From positions 311 through 64,310 of the forward strand of contig JAEEIV010000032.1 in assembly GCA_016281555.1 (NCBI GenBank): a stretch of DNA of 64,000 nt, given 5' to 3'. This DNA comes from Lachnospiraceae bacterium (GTDB taxonomy: Bacteria > Bacillota > Clostridia > Lachnospirales > Lachnospiraceae). Of the stretch, positions 1-9,638 are shown one piece after another. The position numbers and the translations under genes were made by a program. The notes under the pieces are model-generated. The model saw only the letters and a program-made list of their open reading frames with translations. It had not been told where the DNA came from and did no database searches. Numbering within the stretch: position 1 is the first letter of the stretch; each line of letters opens with the position of its first letter.

Positions 1-68
1 TAGGAGACGTTCCGGTGCGTGAAGGCGCATCCGTGGAAGCGGGCAATGTGCTCATGACGCTGAACTGA
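1..68 (+). CDS. 3' end of a biotinyl-domain protein (likely the biotin carrier subunit of the decarboxylase), truncated by the window edge
   Basis: Frame 3 reads GDVPVREGASVEAGNVLMTLN* with TGA at 66-68. This resembles the C-terminal strand of biotinyl domains (GDxVxxGxxLxxL). It lies directly upstream of oadB/oadA-like genes. Confidence 0.45.
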   Translation, partial: GDVPVREGASVEAGNVLMTLN

Positions 69-79
69 CGGAGACGACC

Positions 80-1222
80 GTGGAATACTTTCTGACAACG
101 CTGGACAATTTACTGCACCAGACCGCGTTCTTTCATCTGACGTGGGGCAATTATCTTCTGATCGCCGTCGCGTTGGTGCTCCTGTTCCTTGCGATCGCAA
201 AGAACTTCGAACCGCTGCTTCTCGTGCCGATCTCGTTCGGGATGCTGCTCGTCAACATGTAACCGGACATCATGGCGCCGCCGGCGGACGGTCATGCGGG
301 CGGACTTCTGTATTACTTTTATCTGCTGGATGAATGGAGCATCCTGCCGTCTCTCATTTTCATGGGCGTCGGCGCGATGACCGACTTCGCGCCGCTCATC
401 GCGAATCCCATGAGCTTTTTACTCGGCGCGGCAGCCCAGTTCGGCATTTACGCTGCTTATTTCCTCGCCATTCTGTTAGGCTTTAACGACAAGGCGGCAG
501 CGGCGATCTCGATCATCGGCGGCGCGGACGGACCGACTTCCATCTTCCTCTGCTCGAAACTCGGGCAGACGGACTACATGGGACCGATCGCGGTGGCGGC
601 GTATTCCTATATGTCGCTGGTTCCCATCATTCAGCCGCCGATCATGAAGCTTCTGACGACAAAGAAGGAGCGTTCGATCAGGATGAATCAGCTCCGCCCG
701 GTCTCAAAACTGGAGCGGATCCTGTTCCCGATCATCGTGACCATCGTGGTCGTCATGATCCTGCCTTCCACGGCCCCGCTCGTCGGCATGCTGATGCTCG
801 GAAATCTGTTCCGGGAATGCGGCGTGACGAGACAGCTTTCGGAGACGGCGTCGAACGCGCTCATGTACATCGTGGTCATCATCCTCGGAACTTCGGTCGG
901 CGCAACGACGAGCGCGGAAGCGTTCCTCAGGTTCGACACGCTGAAGATCGTCGGCCTCGGCCTCGTGGCCTTCGCCTTCGGTACCGCAGCTGGCGTTCTG
1001 TTCGGAAAACTGATGTGCAAACTGACGAAGGGCAAGGTGAATCCGCTCATCGGAAGCGCGGGCGTTTCCGCGGTGCCGATGGCTGCCCGTGTTTCCCAGA
1101 AGGTCGGCTCGGAAGCCGATCCCTCGAATTTCCTGCTGATGCACGCCATGGGACCGAACGTCGCGGGCGTCATCGGAACGGCGGTGGCCGCCGGCGCCTT
1201 CATGGCGATCTTCGGCGTTTGA
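80..1222 (+). pseudogene. oadB: Na+-translocating decarboxylase beta subunit (OadB/GcdB/MmdB family) interrupted by an in-frame TAA at 260-262
   Basis: ORFs 80-262 and 272-1222 share one frame. Joined they read [124 protein letters not shown]. This is colinear with full-length OadB-type proteins. Confidence 0.75.
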
Positions 1223-1240
1223 CGATGGAGAGATAAGACA

Positions 1241-2650
1241 ATGGAAGAGAACAAAAGACCGGTAAAAATCGTGGAAACGGTACTGCGCGACGCTCATCAG
1301 TCGCTCATTGCCACGCGGATGACGACGGAAGAAATGCTGCCCATCGTTCCGATCATGGACGAGGTTGGGTATCATGCCGTGGAATGCTGGGGCGGCGCGA
1401 CCTTTGACGCCTGCCTGCGCTTCCTGAAGGAGGATCCGTGGGAGCGCTTGCGCAAACTCCGCGCGGGATTCAAAAAAACCAAGCTTCAGATGCTGTTCCG
1501 CGGTCAGAATATACTCGGATACAATCATTATGCCGACGACGTCGTCGAGTATTTCGTGCAGAAATCGATCGCGAACGGCATCGACATCATCCGGATCTTC
1601 GACTGCTTCAATGACCTCAGAAATCTGGAGACTGCGGTGAATGCGGCGAAAAAGGAGCAGGGTGAGGCGCAGATCGCATTGTCCTATACGCTCGGCGACG
1701 CCTACACGCTGGATTATTGGAAGGAGACTGCCCGGCGGATCGAAGAGATGGGAGCGGATTCGCTCTGCATCAAGGACATGGCGGGACTGCTGACTCCGTA
1801 CGAAGGATCGAAACTCGTCAGTGCGATCCGCGAAGGGACGAAGCTGCCGATCGACATCCACACGCATTACACGTCCGGCGTCGCGTCCATGACGTACATG
1901 AAGTGCATCGAGGCGGGCGCGGACATCATCGATACGGCGATCTCGCCGCTTTCTATGGGCACGAGCCAGCCTGCGACGGAAGTGCTCGTGAAGACCTTCG
2001 AAGGAACGCCCTACGATACGGGACTGGATCTGAACAAACTCTCCGAGATCGCGGACTATTTCCGTCCGCTCCGGGAAAAATACATTGCCTCCGGCCGCCT
2101 GAACACGAAAGTGCTCGGTGTGGACATCAAGACGTTATTGTATCAGGTGCCGGGCGGCATGCTTTCGAACCTCGTGTCGCAGTTGAAGGAAGCGCACGCG
2201 GAAGATAAGTATTACGACGTATTGCGCGAGATCCCGAACGTCCGGAAGGACCTCGGAGAACCTCCGCTCGTCACCCCGTCTTCGCAGATCGTCGGCACGC
2301 AGGCTGTATTGAACGTGCTGCAGGGCGAGCGGTATAAAATGATCACGAAAGAAACGAAGAAGGTGCTTCGCGGCGAATTCGGAAAGACGATCAAGCCGTT
2401 CAACCCCGAGGTCCAGAAAAAGGCCATCGGAGACGAGGAGCCGATCACCTGCCGGCCGGCGGACCTTTTAAAGCCGCAGTTAGACGGATTCCGCGAGGAG
2501 ATCCGGGACTATATGAGGCAGGACGAGGACGTTCTGTCGTATGCCCTGTTCCCGCAGGTCGCGATGGAATTCTTTAAGTACCGCGACGCGCAGGAGAGCG
2601 GCGTGGATGAAAACAAGGCCGATAAGGCGACGAAGAGTTATCCGGTATAA
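1241..2650 (+). CDS. oadA: Oxaloacetate decarboxylase alpha subunit / carboxyltransferase (5S-type) subunit without a fused biotinyl domain
   Basis: VKIVETVLRDAHQSLIATRMTTEEMLPI..VGYHAVECWGGATFDACLRFLKEDPWERLRKLR is the classic OadA/PycB carboxyltransferase N-terminus. At 469 aa it has no C-terminal biotin domain. RBS GGAGAG lies upstream. Confidence 0.9.
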   Translation: MEENKRPVKIVETVLRDAHQSLIATRMTTEEMLPIVPIMDEVGYHAVECWGGATFDACLRFLKEDPWERLRKLRAGFKKTKLQMLFRGQNILGYNHYADDVVEYFVQKSIANGIDIIRIFDCFNDLRNLETAVNAAKKEQGEAQIALSYTLGDAYTLDYWKETARRIEEMGADSLCIKDMAGLLTPYEGSKLVSAIREGTKLPIDIHTHYTSGVASMTYMKCIEAGADIIDTAISPLSMGTSQPATEVLVKTFEGTPYDTGLDLNKLSEIADYFRPLREKYIASGRLNTKVLGVDIKTLLYQVPGGMLSNLVSQLKEAHAEDKYYDVLREIPNVRKDLGEPPLVTPSSQIVGTQAVLNVLQGERYKMITKETKKVLRGEFGKTIKPFNPEVQKKAIGDEEPITCRPADLLKPQLDGFREEIRDYMRQDEDVLSYALFPQVAMEFFKYRDAQESGVDENKADKATKSYPV

Positions 2651-2677
2651 AGAAAGATTGGCAAGGAGCCGACTGAC

Positions 2678-3073
2678 ATGATCCAGCCCGAAAAAGTCTA
2701 TCTCATGACGAAAGCCGCCGCTTTTGAGAAGCGGGAGGCTCACCGCGCGCTGAAGATCGTGAATTACCGCCGGAAAGACTACGTGCTTTCCCGCATGCTG
2801 CTCGTGCTCCTGTCGGTGACGATCGCCTATGCGATCCTGGTCGCGACGGTGATTTTCCTCGTCATCATGGCCAACGAATCCCTGGTCTTAAGCGTGACCG
2901 AAATGGTGTTCATCATTCTCGGCATTCTGGCCGGATACGTGGTCGTGCTCCTGTTTTACTACGTGGTGAGCCACAAGTTTTACGGCGAACGGCACGTGAA
3001 GGCGAGACGGGACGTAAAGAAGTATCTCGCGGTGCTGAAGGCGCTGGACAGTTATAACGAGGAGCGGGCCTGA
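2678..3073 (+). CDS. Hypothetical small membrane protein (2 predicted TM helices)
   Basis: The ORF has two long hydrophobic stretches (LLVLLSVTIAYAILVATVIFLVIM; VFIILGILAGYVVVLLFYYVV). Codon usage matches its neighbours. No family recognised, and the start is uncertain (2678 or 2705). Confidence 0.5.
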   Translation: MIQPEKVYLMTKAAAFEKREAHRALKIVNYRRKDYVLSRMLLVLLSVTIAYAILVATVIFLVIMANESLVLSVTEMVFIILGILAGYVVVLLFYYVVSHKFYGERHVKARRDVKKYLAVLKALDSYNEERA

Positions 3074-3099
3074 CGGAGCCCGGAAAAAAGGTCGGTATC

Positions 3100-4089
3100 A
3101 TGAAAAACCTGCTGAAGTTGAAGGAACTCATCAAATCGTTCTACGAGAAGTACGACAAGTACGTGCTCGGTTTCATACGCTTTGCCACGGGCCTCGTCGT
3201 CTATCTGACGCTCTTTTACAATACCGGATACAACGCGGCGTTCTCGAATCCGTTCGTGGCCGTCGGCCTGGCTGTGATCTCCGCGTTTCTCCCGTCGTAC
3301 ATGATCACGGTGTTCGGCGCGTTCATTCTCATCGTGCAGTTCTTAAGCGTTGCCATCGAGATCGCGGTCATAGCGCTCGTCATCTTCATCCTGATGCTGC
3401 TGCTGTACTTCGTCTTCAAGGCGGACAAGAGCTGGATCCTCATGTTCACGACGGTCATCTGTCTGTTCGGATTCACTCCCGCGGTACTGCCGGTCGCGCT
3501 TCTCGTTTCGCCGGTCGAGACCATCGTCGTGGCTTTCGGCGTCATCGTCTACGGCCTCGTGGCAGTGGTGCGGAAAGACGTTTCGGTGCTGACGAGCGGC
3601 AGCAATCTTTCGCTCGGCGGCAGAGTGAACCTGCTTCTCACGGACCTGCTGTCCAATGAGTACTTCATCCTGCTTCTTGTGACGCTGGCCGCTTCGGTAT
3701 TGCTCGTATCGGCAGTGCGGCGGTCGAAGATCAATCACGCCTCGCTCGTCGCGATCGTTTTCGGGAACCTCCTGTTCCTCATTTCGTTCCTGCTCGGGAA
3801 TTATTTTCTGGACATTTCGCTCGACGTTGCGGGTTTCATCGTCGGCTTCGTACTGAACATTCTGTTTACCTTCTTGCTCGTCGCGCTGGTGCTCGGCATG
3901 GATTACAAGCGGACGGAAGAGGTTCAGTTTGAAGACGACGACTATTATTACTTTGTGAAGGCCATTCCGAAAGTGGCCATTTCCTTGACGAAAAAGCGCA
4001 TGGAGAACATCACCTCCGGTACGAAGGAGAAAGACGCTTCAGGGGACATTGACGTAAAACAGGTATTCGTCCGTCGGGACGAAGAGTAA
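3100..4089 (+). CDS. Hypothetical polytopic membrane protein
   Basis: 329-aa ORF with multiple hydrophobic segments and an acidic C-terminal tail (EEVQFEDDDYYYF). It sits immediately upstream of cdaA. No family recognised. Confidence 0.55.
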   Translation: MKNLLKLKELIKSFYEKYDKYVLGFIRFATGLVVYLTLFYNTGYNAAFSNPFVAVGLAVISAFLPSYMITVFGAFILIVQFLSVAIEIAVIALVIFILMLLLYFVFKADKSWILMFTTVICLFGFTPAVLPVALLVSPVETIVVAFGVIVYGLVAVVRKDVSVLTSGSNLSLGGRVNLLLTDLLSNEYFILLLVTLAASVLLVSAVRRSKINHASLVAIVFGNLLFLISFLLGNYFLDISLDVAGFIVGFVLNILFTFLLVALVLGMDYKRTEEVQFEDDDYYYFVKAIPKVAISLTKKRMENITSGTKEKDASGDIDVKQVFVRRDEE

Positions 4090-4105
4090 AGGGAAGGGAT
4101 AAGTC

Positions 4106-4981
4106 ATGTTGGATCAGCTTTTCGGGTTTAACCACACACTGACCATCGGATCGTTCAGCATCACGTTTTCCGTCAGCGGGATCATTGAGATCCTGATTTT
4201 CGCCGTGCTCATCTATTACGTGATCGTATGGATCAAGCGCACGAAGGCATGGAATCTTCTGAAAGGCGTGATCGTTCTGGCGGTGGTCTACGCCGCGGCC
4301 GCGCTTCTCGGACTGAACAATCTGACGTTCATTTTCCGCGCCTTGTTCTCTTCGTTGATCCTGGCCATCATCATCATCTTCCAACCGGAGATCCGCAGAG
4401 GTCTCGAGCAGATCGGCGAACGGAACATCATTCAGAAACTGATTCCGACGAGCGACAATGCGAACCCGGGACTCAGTGCCGATTCCATCGAAGCCATCGT
4501 TTCGGCGCTTTCCATGCTCGGGAAGAACAAGGTCGGCGCGCTCATCGTGGTGGAGCAGAAGATCGACTTAAGGGAGTTCGTGAACACGGGCATCACGCTG
4601 GATGCGAAGATCTCCGCGGCGCTGCTCGAGCAGATCTTTGAACACAATACGCCGCTTCATGACGGCGCGGTCGTGATCCGGAAAAACCGGATCGTATCCG
4701 CGACCTGCTACCTGCCGCTGTCGCAGAACATGTCGATCAGCAAGGAACTCGGAACGCGTCACCGCGCGGGACTCGGCATTTCCGAGGTTTCGGACTGCAT
4801 CACGCTCATTGCCTCGGAAGAGACGGGCGGACTCAGCATTGCCGAACACGGCGAGCTGCGCCGGAACGTCTCGCTCGAAGAGATCCGCTCCGTGCTGGCG
4901 GGAACCAGAATGGAGGGGCAGGGCAAGACGTCAAGGAATCCGGTAAAACGTTGGATCAGGAGGCGGAAGCATGAAAGCTAA
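4106..4981 (+). CDS. cdaA: Diadenylate cyclase CdaA (DisA_N/DAC domain, three N-terminal TM helices)
   Basis: Motifs TPLHDGAVVIRKNRIVSATCYLPLS and GTRHRAGLGISEVSDCITLIASEETGGLS are the DAC-domain signatures. An N-terminal membrane segment is present, and a YbbR-type gene follows. Confidence 0.92.
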   Translation: MLDQLFGFNHTLTIGSFSITFSVSGIIEILIFAVLIYYVIVWIKRTKAWNLLKGVIVLAVVYAAAALLGLNNLTFIFRALFSSLILAIIIIFQPEIRRGLEQIGERNIIQKLIPTSDNANPGLSADSIEAIVSALSMLGKNKVGALIVVEQKIDLREFVNTGITLDAKISAALLEQIFEHNTPLHDGAVVIRKNRIVSATCYLPLSQNMSISKELGTRHRAGLGISEVSDCITLIASEETGGLSIAEHGELRRNVSLEEIRSVLAGTRMEGQGKTSRNPVKRWIRRRKHES

Positions 4982-6338
4982 GATCAAGTCCTTCTTTACC
5001 AAAAACATTCCGCTGAAGGTCATCTCGCTGATCCTCGGTCTCGCCGTCTGGGCGATCCTCGCGAACTCGCAGGATCCGACGATCACGAGGACCGTGAACG
5101 TGCCGATCACCTACGTGAACGCGGATCTGCTCGAAAAGAACGAGAACCGCCTCATGCTTTCGGGACCGGATACGGTGCCGATCAACGTCAGCGTCCGGAC
5201 CAGCATGCAGAACCGGGCCACGGCTTCGCTTTTCAAGTGCACGGCGGACTTGACCGACCATAACGGCGGCGATCTTTCGAACCAGCGCGTGCACGTGAAC
5301 GTGAGCCAGGTGGGCGGAACGAACATCGTTCTCGACTGGAACTATTCGCGGAACGATCCGAACATCACGGTCGTCATGGATGAGATCGTGACGAAGAACT
5401 ACCCGGTGGAACTTCTTCCGACGGATAACCTGACGGAAGGCCTCGTGCTCGGAGGATCGGTGACGTTCAACCCCGCGACGGCAACGGTCCGCGGACCTTT
5501 GTCGAAGTTCTCGAACATCACGGCGGTGAAGGCGAAGGTTTCGCTGAGCGAGTTCACCGAAGGTACGGGCGGCACGTTCACGGAAACCGTGAAACTTGCG
5601 ATGTACGACGGCAATGACCGCGTCATCGAAGACAAGACGCTGACGCTGACGCCTGACGAATCGGTCATGACCGCCATCGTGTCCCGCGTGCAGACGGCCA
5701 TGGTGAAACTGGCCGGAACGACGGGAACCGTTGCGCCTGGATACCGCTACGTGAATTATACGCTCTCTCCGGAACGGATCTCCGTATACGGATTGAAGAG
5801 CGTCGTCGCGGATCTTTCCGAGATCACGATCCCGGAGAGCGCGGTCGACATCACTGGCATCACGGAAGACCGCGAATACACGCTGAATATCATTGATTAT
5901 CTCCCGGACGGCGTCCGGCTGCTGGACGGGACCGGATACGAGATCAAGGTCATGGTCCACGTGGAACCGCTCGTCACGGAGGAAGTGCCGATCGACGTGA
6001 ACGACATTGCCAGGGAAGGTGAGAACGAGGATTATCTTTACGAGTATGAGGCGGAAGAGCTCTACCTGAAGGTGACCGGCCTCGAAGAAGACGTCAAGGT
6101 CTTTAAGATCTCCGATGTGTTCCCCACGGTCGACGTATCGGAACTCGAGCCCGGAACGTATGACGTTAAGATCACGGTGACCGGGAAGAAGGGTTATACG
6201 TTTGACAATGCCGATTCGCTCTTCATCCGCGTGACCGTCACGGATCCTGCGGCGGAAAGCACGGAGGAAGAGGAAAGCGGAAGCGAAGAAACGGAAGAAG
6301 TCCCGACGTCGCCGCAGATGACGGAGGAGGAGCCGTGA
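4971..6338 (+). CDS. cdaR: CdaA regulator CdaR (YbbR-like repeat protein) with an acidic C-terminal tail
   Basis: N-terminal TM segment (LKVISLILGLAVWAIL) followed by repeated YbbR-like beta segments. It overlaps the cdaA stop by 11 nt and has RBS AGGAGG. The conserved cdaA-cdaR gene order supports the call. Confidence 0.8.
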   Translation: MKAKIKSFFTKNIPLKVISLILGLAVWAILANSQDPTITRTVNVPITYVNADLLEKNENRLMLSGPDTVPINVSVRTSMQNRATASLFKCTADLTDHNGGDLSNQRVHVNVSQVGGTNIVLDWNYSRNDPNITVVMDEIVTKNYPVELLPTDNLTEGLVLGGSVTFNPATATVRGPLSKFSNITAVKAKVSLSEFTEGTGGTFTETVKLAMYDGNDRVIEDKTLTLTPDESVMTAIVSRVQTAMVKLAGTTGTVAPGYRYVNYTLSPERISVYGLKSVVADLSEITIPESAVDITGITEDREYTLNIIDYLPDGVRLLDGTGYEIKVMVHVEPLVTEEVPIDVNDIAREGENEDYLYEYEAEELYLKVTGLEEDVKVFKISDVFPTVDVSELEPGTYDVKITVTGKKGYTFDNADSLFIRVTVTDPAAESTEEEESGSEETEEVPTSPQMTEEEP

Positions 6339-7300
6339 CGAAGGACGGAGAAAAAACGCCTTCGGTGGATGCGGTCATCCCGGTATACCGGCCCGGAAAG
6401 GAGTTTCCTGAACTTCTCAGAATGCTGAAAGCCCAGGAGCATCCCGTCCGGAAGATCATCCTGATGGTGACGCTTTCCGAAGGCGAAGCGCTTCCGGACA
6501 CCGTTGACCGGGAAGGCACGGAGATCCATGAACTGCAGCCCGAAGCGTTCGATCACGGCGGCACGAGAAACTTAGGCGCCTCCTTTTCCGATGCGGATTA
6601 TCTGCTGTTTCTGACACAGGACGCCAAGCCGGAAGACGGGAAACTCGTTTCGGAACTGCTCTCGGCGTTTTCCGGCGAAAAGACGGGCGCAGCCTACGCG
6701 CGGCAGATCGCCAGGGAGGACGCGGGCATTGCGGAGAAACTGACGCGGTCGTTCAATTATCCCGAAACCGCCAGGGTGCAGGACCTGTCGACGGCGGAGC
6801 GCTACGGCGTGAAGAATTATTTCCTGTCGAACGTCGCGGCCATGTATGACCGGAAACTTTTTGTCCGTCTCGGCGGATTCATTGACCGGACCGCGTTCAA
6901 CGAGGACATGATCTATGCCCACAAGCTGATCTCGGCCGGATATCAGGTGCGTTACGTGCCGTCGGCAGTGGTCCGTCATTCGCATCAGTACACGGGAAAG
7001 GAAGAGTTCCGCCGGAATTTCGACCTCGGCGTTTCCCAGGCGGATCACCCGGAGATCTTCGAAGCCGTTTCCTCTGAAAAGGAAGGCGTTTCGATGGTGA
7101 AGACCGTCATCCGGGAATTGTTCCGGGCGGGAAAAGGGCATCTTACCGTTCCGTTCCTTTACCGGACGGGAATGAAGTATCTCGGGTACCGGAAAGGAAA
7201 AAAATACAAGAAGCTGCCGGAGAAAAAAGTGCGGAAATATTCGCTGAACAAGTATTATTGGGAGAAGTATTATGGGACAGATCAAAGTGACGCGCTGTGA
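6335..7300 (+). CDS. Family 2 glycosyltransferase (rhamnosyltransferase-like)
   Basis: GTG start overlaps the cdaR stop, with RBS GGAGGAGG. Motifs VDAVIPVYRPG, DHGGTRNLG and FLTQDA are typical of GT2 rhamnosyltransferase-type enzymes. Confidence 0.8.
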   Translation: MTKDGEKTPSVDAVIPVYRPGKEFPELLRMLKAQEHPVRKIILMVTLSEGEALPDTVDREGTEIHELQPEAFDHGGTRNLGASFSDADYLLFLTQDAKPEDGKLVSELLSAFSGEKTGAAYARQIAREDAGIAEKLTRSFNYPETARVQDLSTAERYGVKNYFLSNVAAMYDRKLFVRLGGFIDRTAFNEDMIYAHKLISAGYQVRYVPSAVVRHSHQYTGKEEFRRNFDLGVSQADHPEIFEAVSSEKEGVSMVKTVIRELFRAGKGHLTVPFLYRTGMKYLGYRKGKKYKKLPEKKVRKYSLNKYYWEKYYGTDQSDAL

Positions 7301-7820
7301 GATCGAAGGACTCATGGTCATCGAGCCGAAAGTCCACCGGGACGAACGCGGCTATTTCGTCGAGACCTACAATGAGCGGGATCTGGAGGAAGAAGGATTT
7401 TTCAAGAAATTCGTACAGGACAACCAGTCCATGTCCTCCGGCGGCGTGCTCCGGGGTCTGCATTATCAGAAGCAGTTCCCCCAGGGAAAACTGGTCCGCG
7501 TCCTGTTCGGTAAAGTCTTCGACGTGGCCGTGGACATCCGTCCGGGATCCGAAACGTACGGAAAATGGTTCGGCGTCGAGCTCTCGGAAGAGAACATGAA
7601 GCAGTTCTATATTCCCGAAGGATTCGCCCACGGGTTCTACGTCATGAGCGAGAAGGCCGTTTTCGCGTATAAATGCACCGATTTTTACCATCCGAACGAT
7701 GAGGGCGGTATTTTATACTCGGATCCGGACATCGGCATTAAGTGGCCTTTTAACGAAGGAGACGAGGTGATCCTTTCCGAGAAGGACAAACTCTGGCCCG
7801 GTCTTTACGGGAAGAAATGA
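7272..7820 (+). CDS. rfbC: dTDP-4-dehydrorhamnose 3,5-epimerase
   Basis: IEGLMVIEPKVHRDERGYFVETY, GLHYQ and QGKLVRVLFGKVFDVAVDIRPGSETYGKW are RmlC signature segments. The gene overlaps the upstream GT2 gene by 29 nt. Confidence 0.92.
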   Translation: MGQIKVTRCEIEGLMVIEPKVHRDERGYFVETYNERDLEEEGFFKKFVQDNQSMSSGGVLRGLHYQKQFPQGKLVRVLFGKVFDVAVDIRPGSETYGKWFGVELSEENMKQFYIPEGFAHGFYVMSEKAVFAYKCTDFYHPNDEGGILYSDPDIGIKWPFNEGDEVILSEKDKLWPGLYGKK

Positions 7821-7844
7821 GGCGAAGAGAGAACGGTCATTGCC

Positions 7845-8879
7845 ATGACGGACATTAATTTCAAAAAAATCATCCGCATCGGACTCATCGTTTATTTCGC
7901 TGCGATCGCGCTCTTCACGGTCGGGACCTTAAGCCGGCTGAAGGACGGGAGCGTTTTCGGTCTGCCGAAATTCCTCGTCTACGGCGCGGTCGTGCTCGTG
8001 CTTACGGTCTGCGTGCTTCTTTACGTACTGCATCTTCAGAAGCGGCTGAAGTCCGGAAAGGACGCCTTCGGGCTCCGGGTGCTCCGGACGATCCACAAGT
8101 ACCGCTTCCTGATCGAGCAGCTCGTGACGCGCGATTTCAAGATCAAGTACAAGCGTTCCGTGCTCGGCGTGTTCTGGAGTTTCTTAAATCCGCTTCTTAT
8201 GATGATCGTCCAGTACGTGGTGTTCAGTTATCTTCTGAATTTCCGCGGCACGGTCGAGCATTATGCATTATACCTGCTTTGCGGTATCGTGATCTGGAAC
8301 GGGTTCAACGACTGTTCGACGCAGTCGATGCGTTCGATCATCGGCAATGCCCACCTCATCACGAAAGTGTACGTGCCGAAATACATCTATCCCGTGACGA
8401 AGGTGCTGTCGGCCTCGATCAACGTCCTGCTTTCCATGGTGCCGCTTCTGCTCGTCACCGTGATCTACGGACTCATTGCGACGCCGAAACTGTATCTGTC
8501 GTTCGCGGTGCTGCTTCTGCCGCTGGCGCTCCTTCTGCTCCTCGTGTTCTGCATCGGCATCGGATTCATTCTTTCGAGTCTCATGGTCTTTTTCCATGAC
8601 ATCGAGTTTCTCTGGACCGTGTTCTCCACGATCTGGATGTATGCGACGCCGATCATCTACTCGCTGGAGATGTTTGAATCCCGGGCGCCGTGGCTCATCA
8701 CCGTGATGCAGTTCAATCCGATGTATCATTACATCAATTTCGTGCGGTCCATCGTACTGTACCGCACGGCGCCGACGTTCCTCGAGATGGGCATTACGGC
8801 ACTCATTTCGTTCGGCACGTTCGCGGTCGGGCTCCTGATTTTTAAGAAATGTCAGGATAAATTCGTTTTGTACCTGTAA
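7845..8879 (+). CDS. ABC-2 type polysaccharide/teichoic-acid export permease (Wzm/TagG-like)
   Basis: LVTRDFKIKYKRSVLGVFWSFLNPLLMM is the ABC-2 permease signature. About six TM segments are present, and the cognate ATPase follows. Confidence 0.88.
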   Translation: MTDINFKKIIRIGLIVYFAAIALFTVGTLSRLKDGSVFGLPKFLVYGAVVLVLTVCVLLYVLHLQKRLKSGKDAFGLRVLRTIHKYRFLIEQLVTRDFKIKYKRSVLGVFWSFLNPLLMMIVQYVVFSYLLNFRGTVEHYALYLLCGIVIWNGFNDCSTQSMRSIIGNAHLITKVYVPKYIYPVTKVLSASINVLLSMVPLLLVTVIYGLIATPKLYLSFAVLLLPLALLLLLVFCIGIGFILSSLMVFFHDIEFLWTVFSTIWMYATPIIYSLEMFESRAPWLITVMQFNPMYHYINFVRSIVLYRTAPTFLEMGITALISFGTFAVGLLIFKKCQDKFVLYL

Positions 8880-8897
8880 GGAGATGAGGAGAAGAAA

Positions 8898-9635
8898 ATG
8901 AACGAAGAAAGAAAACTCATGATCTCCGTACAGGACGTGACCATGACGTTCAGGAGAGAGGAAGACCGCTCCGGTTCGCTCAAGGAGACCGTAACCAAAC
9001 TGCTTTCGAGAAAACTGAAATTCAGCACGTTCACGGCGCTTCACGACGTGAGCTTTGACGTATACAACGGCGACGTGCTCGGCATCATCGGGCGGAACGG
9101 CGCCGGAAAGAGCACGATCCTGAAAATCATTTCCGGGATCATGAAGCCGACGAAGGGCAATATCATCCGGAACGGGAACATCGTGCCCATGCTGGAACTC
9201 GGCTCCGGCTTCGATTTCGACTTAAGCGGCCGGGAGAACATTTTCTTAAACGGCGCGATCCTGGGCTACGAGAAGCCGTATCTTTTCTCGAAATATGAAG
9301 AGATCGTCGATTTCTCGGAACTGCGCGATTTCATCGACGTGCCGCTCCGGAATTATTCCTCGGGCATGATCATGCGTCTCGCGTTTTCGATCGCGGCGGT
9401 CGTGGAACCCGAGATCCTCATCGTGGACGAGATCCTGGCGGTCGGCGACGAGAATTTCCAGAAGAAGAGCCGGGCGCGGATGATGGAACTCATGGGCGGC
9501 GGCACCACGGTGCTGTTCGTTTCCCACGATATGAACCAGATCCGCGAGATGTGCAACCGCGTGATCTGGCTGGACGGCGGAACGATCCGCATGCAGGGCG
9601 AAACGAAGGAAGTCTGCGACGCATACAGGATCTAG
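8898..9635 (+). CDS. ABC transporter ATP-binding protein (Wzt/TagH-like)
   Basis: Walker A GRNGAGKST, LSGRENIFLNGAILG, signature YSSGM and Walker B ILIVDE are all present. RBS AAGGAG. Confidence 0.9.
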   Translation: MNEERKLMISVQDVTMTFRREEDRSGSLKETVTKLLSRKLKFSTFTALHDVSFDVYNGDVLGIIGRNGAGKSTILKIISGIMKPTKGNIIRNGNIVPMLELGSGFDFDLSGRENIFLNGAILGYEKPYLFSKYEEIVDFSELRDFIDVPLRNYSSGMIMRLAFSIAAVVEPEILIVDEILAVGDENFQKKSRARMMELMGGGTTVLFVSHDMNQIREMCNRVIWLDGGTIRMQGETKEVCDAYRI

Positions 9636-9638
9636 GGC

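Noticed and set aside
260-262. TAA in oadB as a recoded sense codon or alternative genetic code
   Set aside because: Other well-supported genes in the window terminate normally at TAA (for example oadA at 2648-2650), TGA and TAG. I know of no TAA recoding mechanism in this context.
704-1867. 387-aa minus-strand ORF antisense to oadB/oadA
   Set aside because: It is Arg/His/Asp-rich low-complexity sequence with no recognisable motifs. It overlaps two well-supported plus-strand genes completely. This is a typical shadow ORF of a GC-rich coding region.
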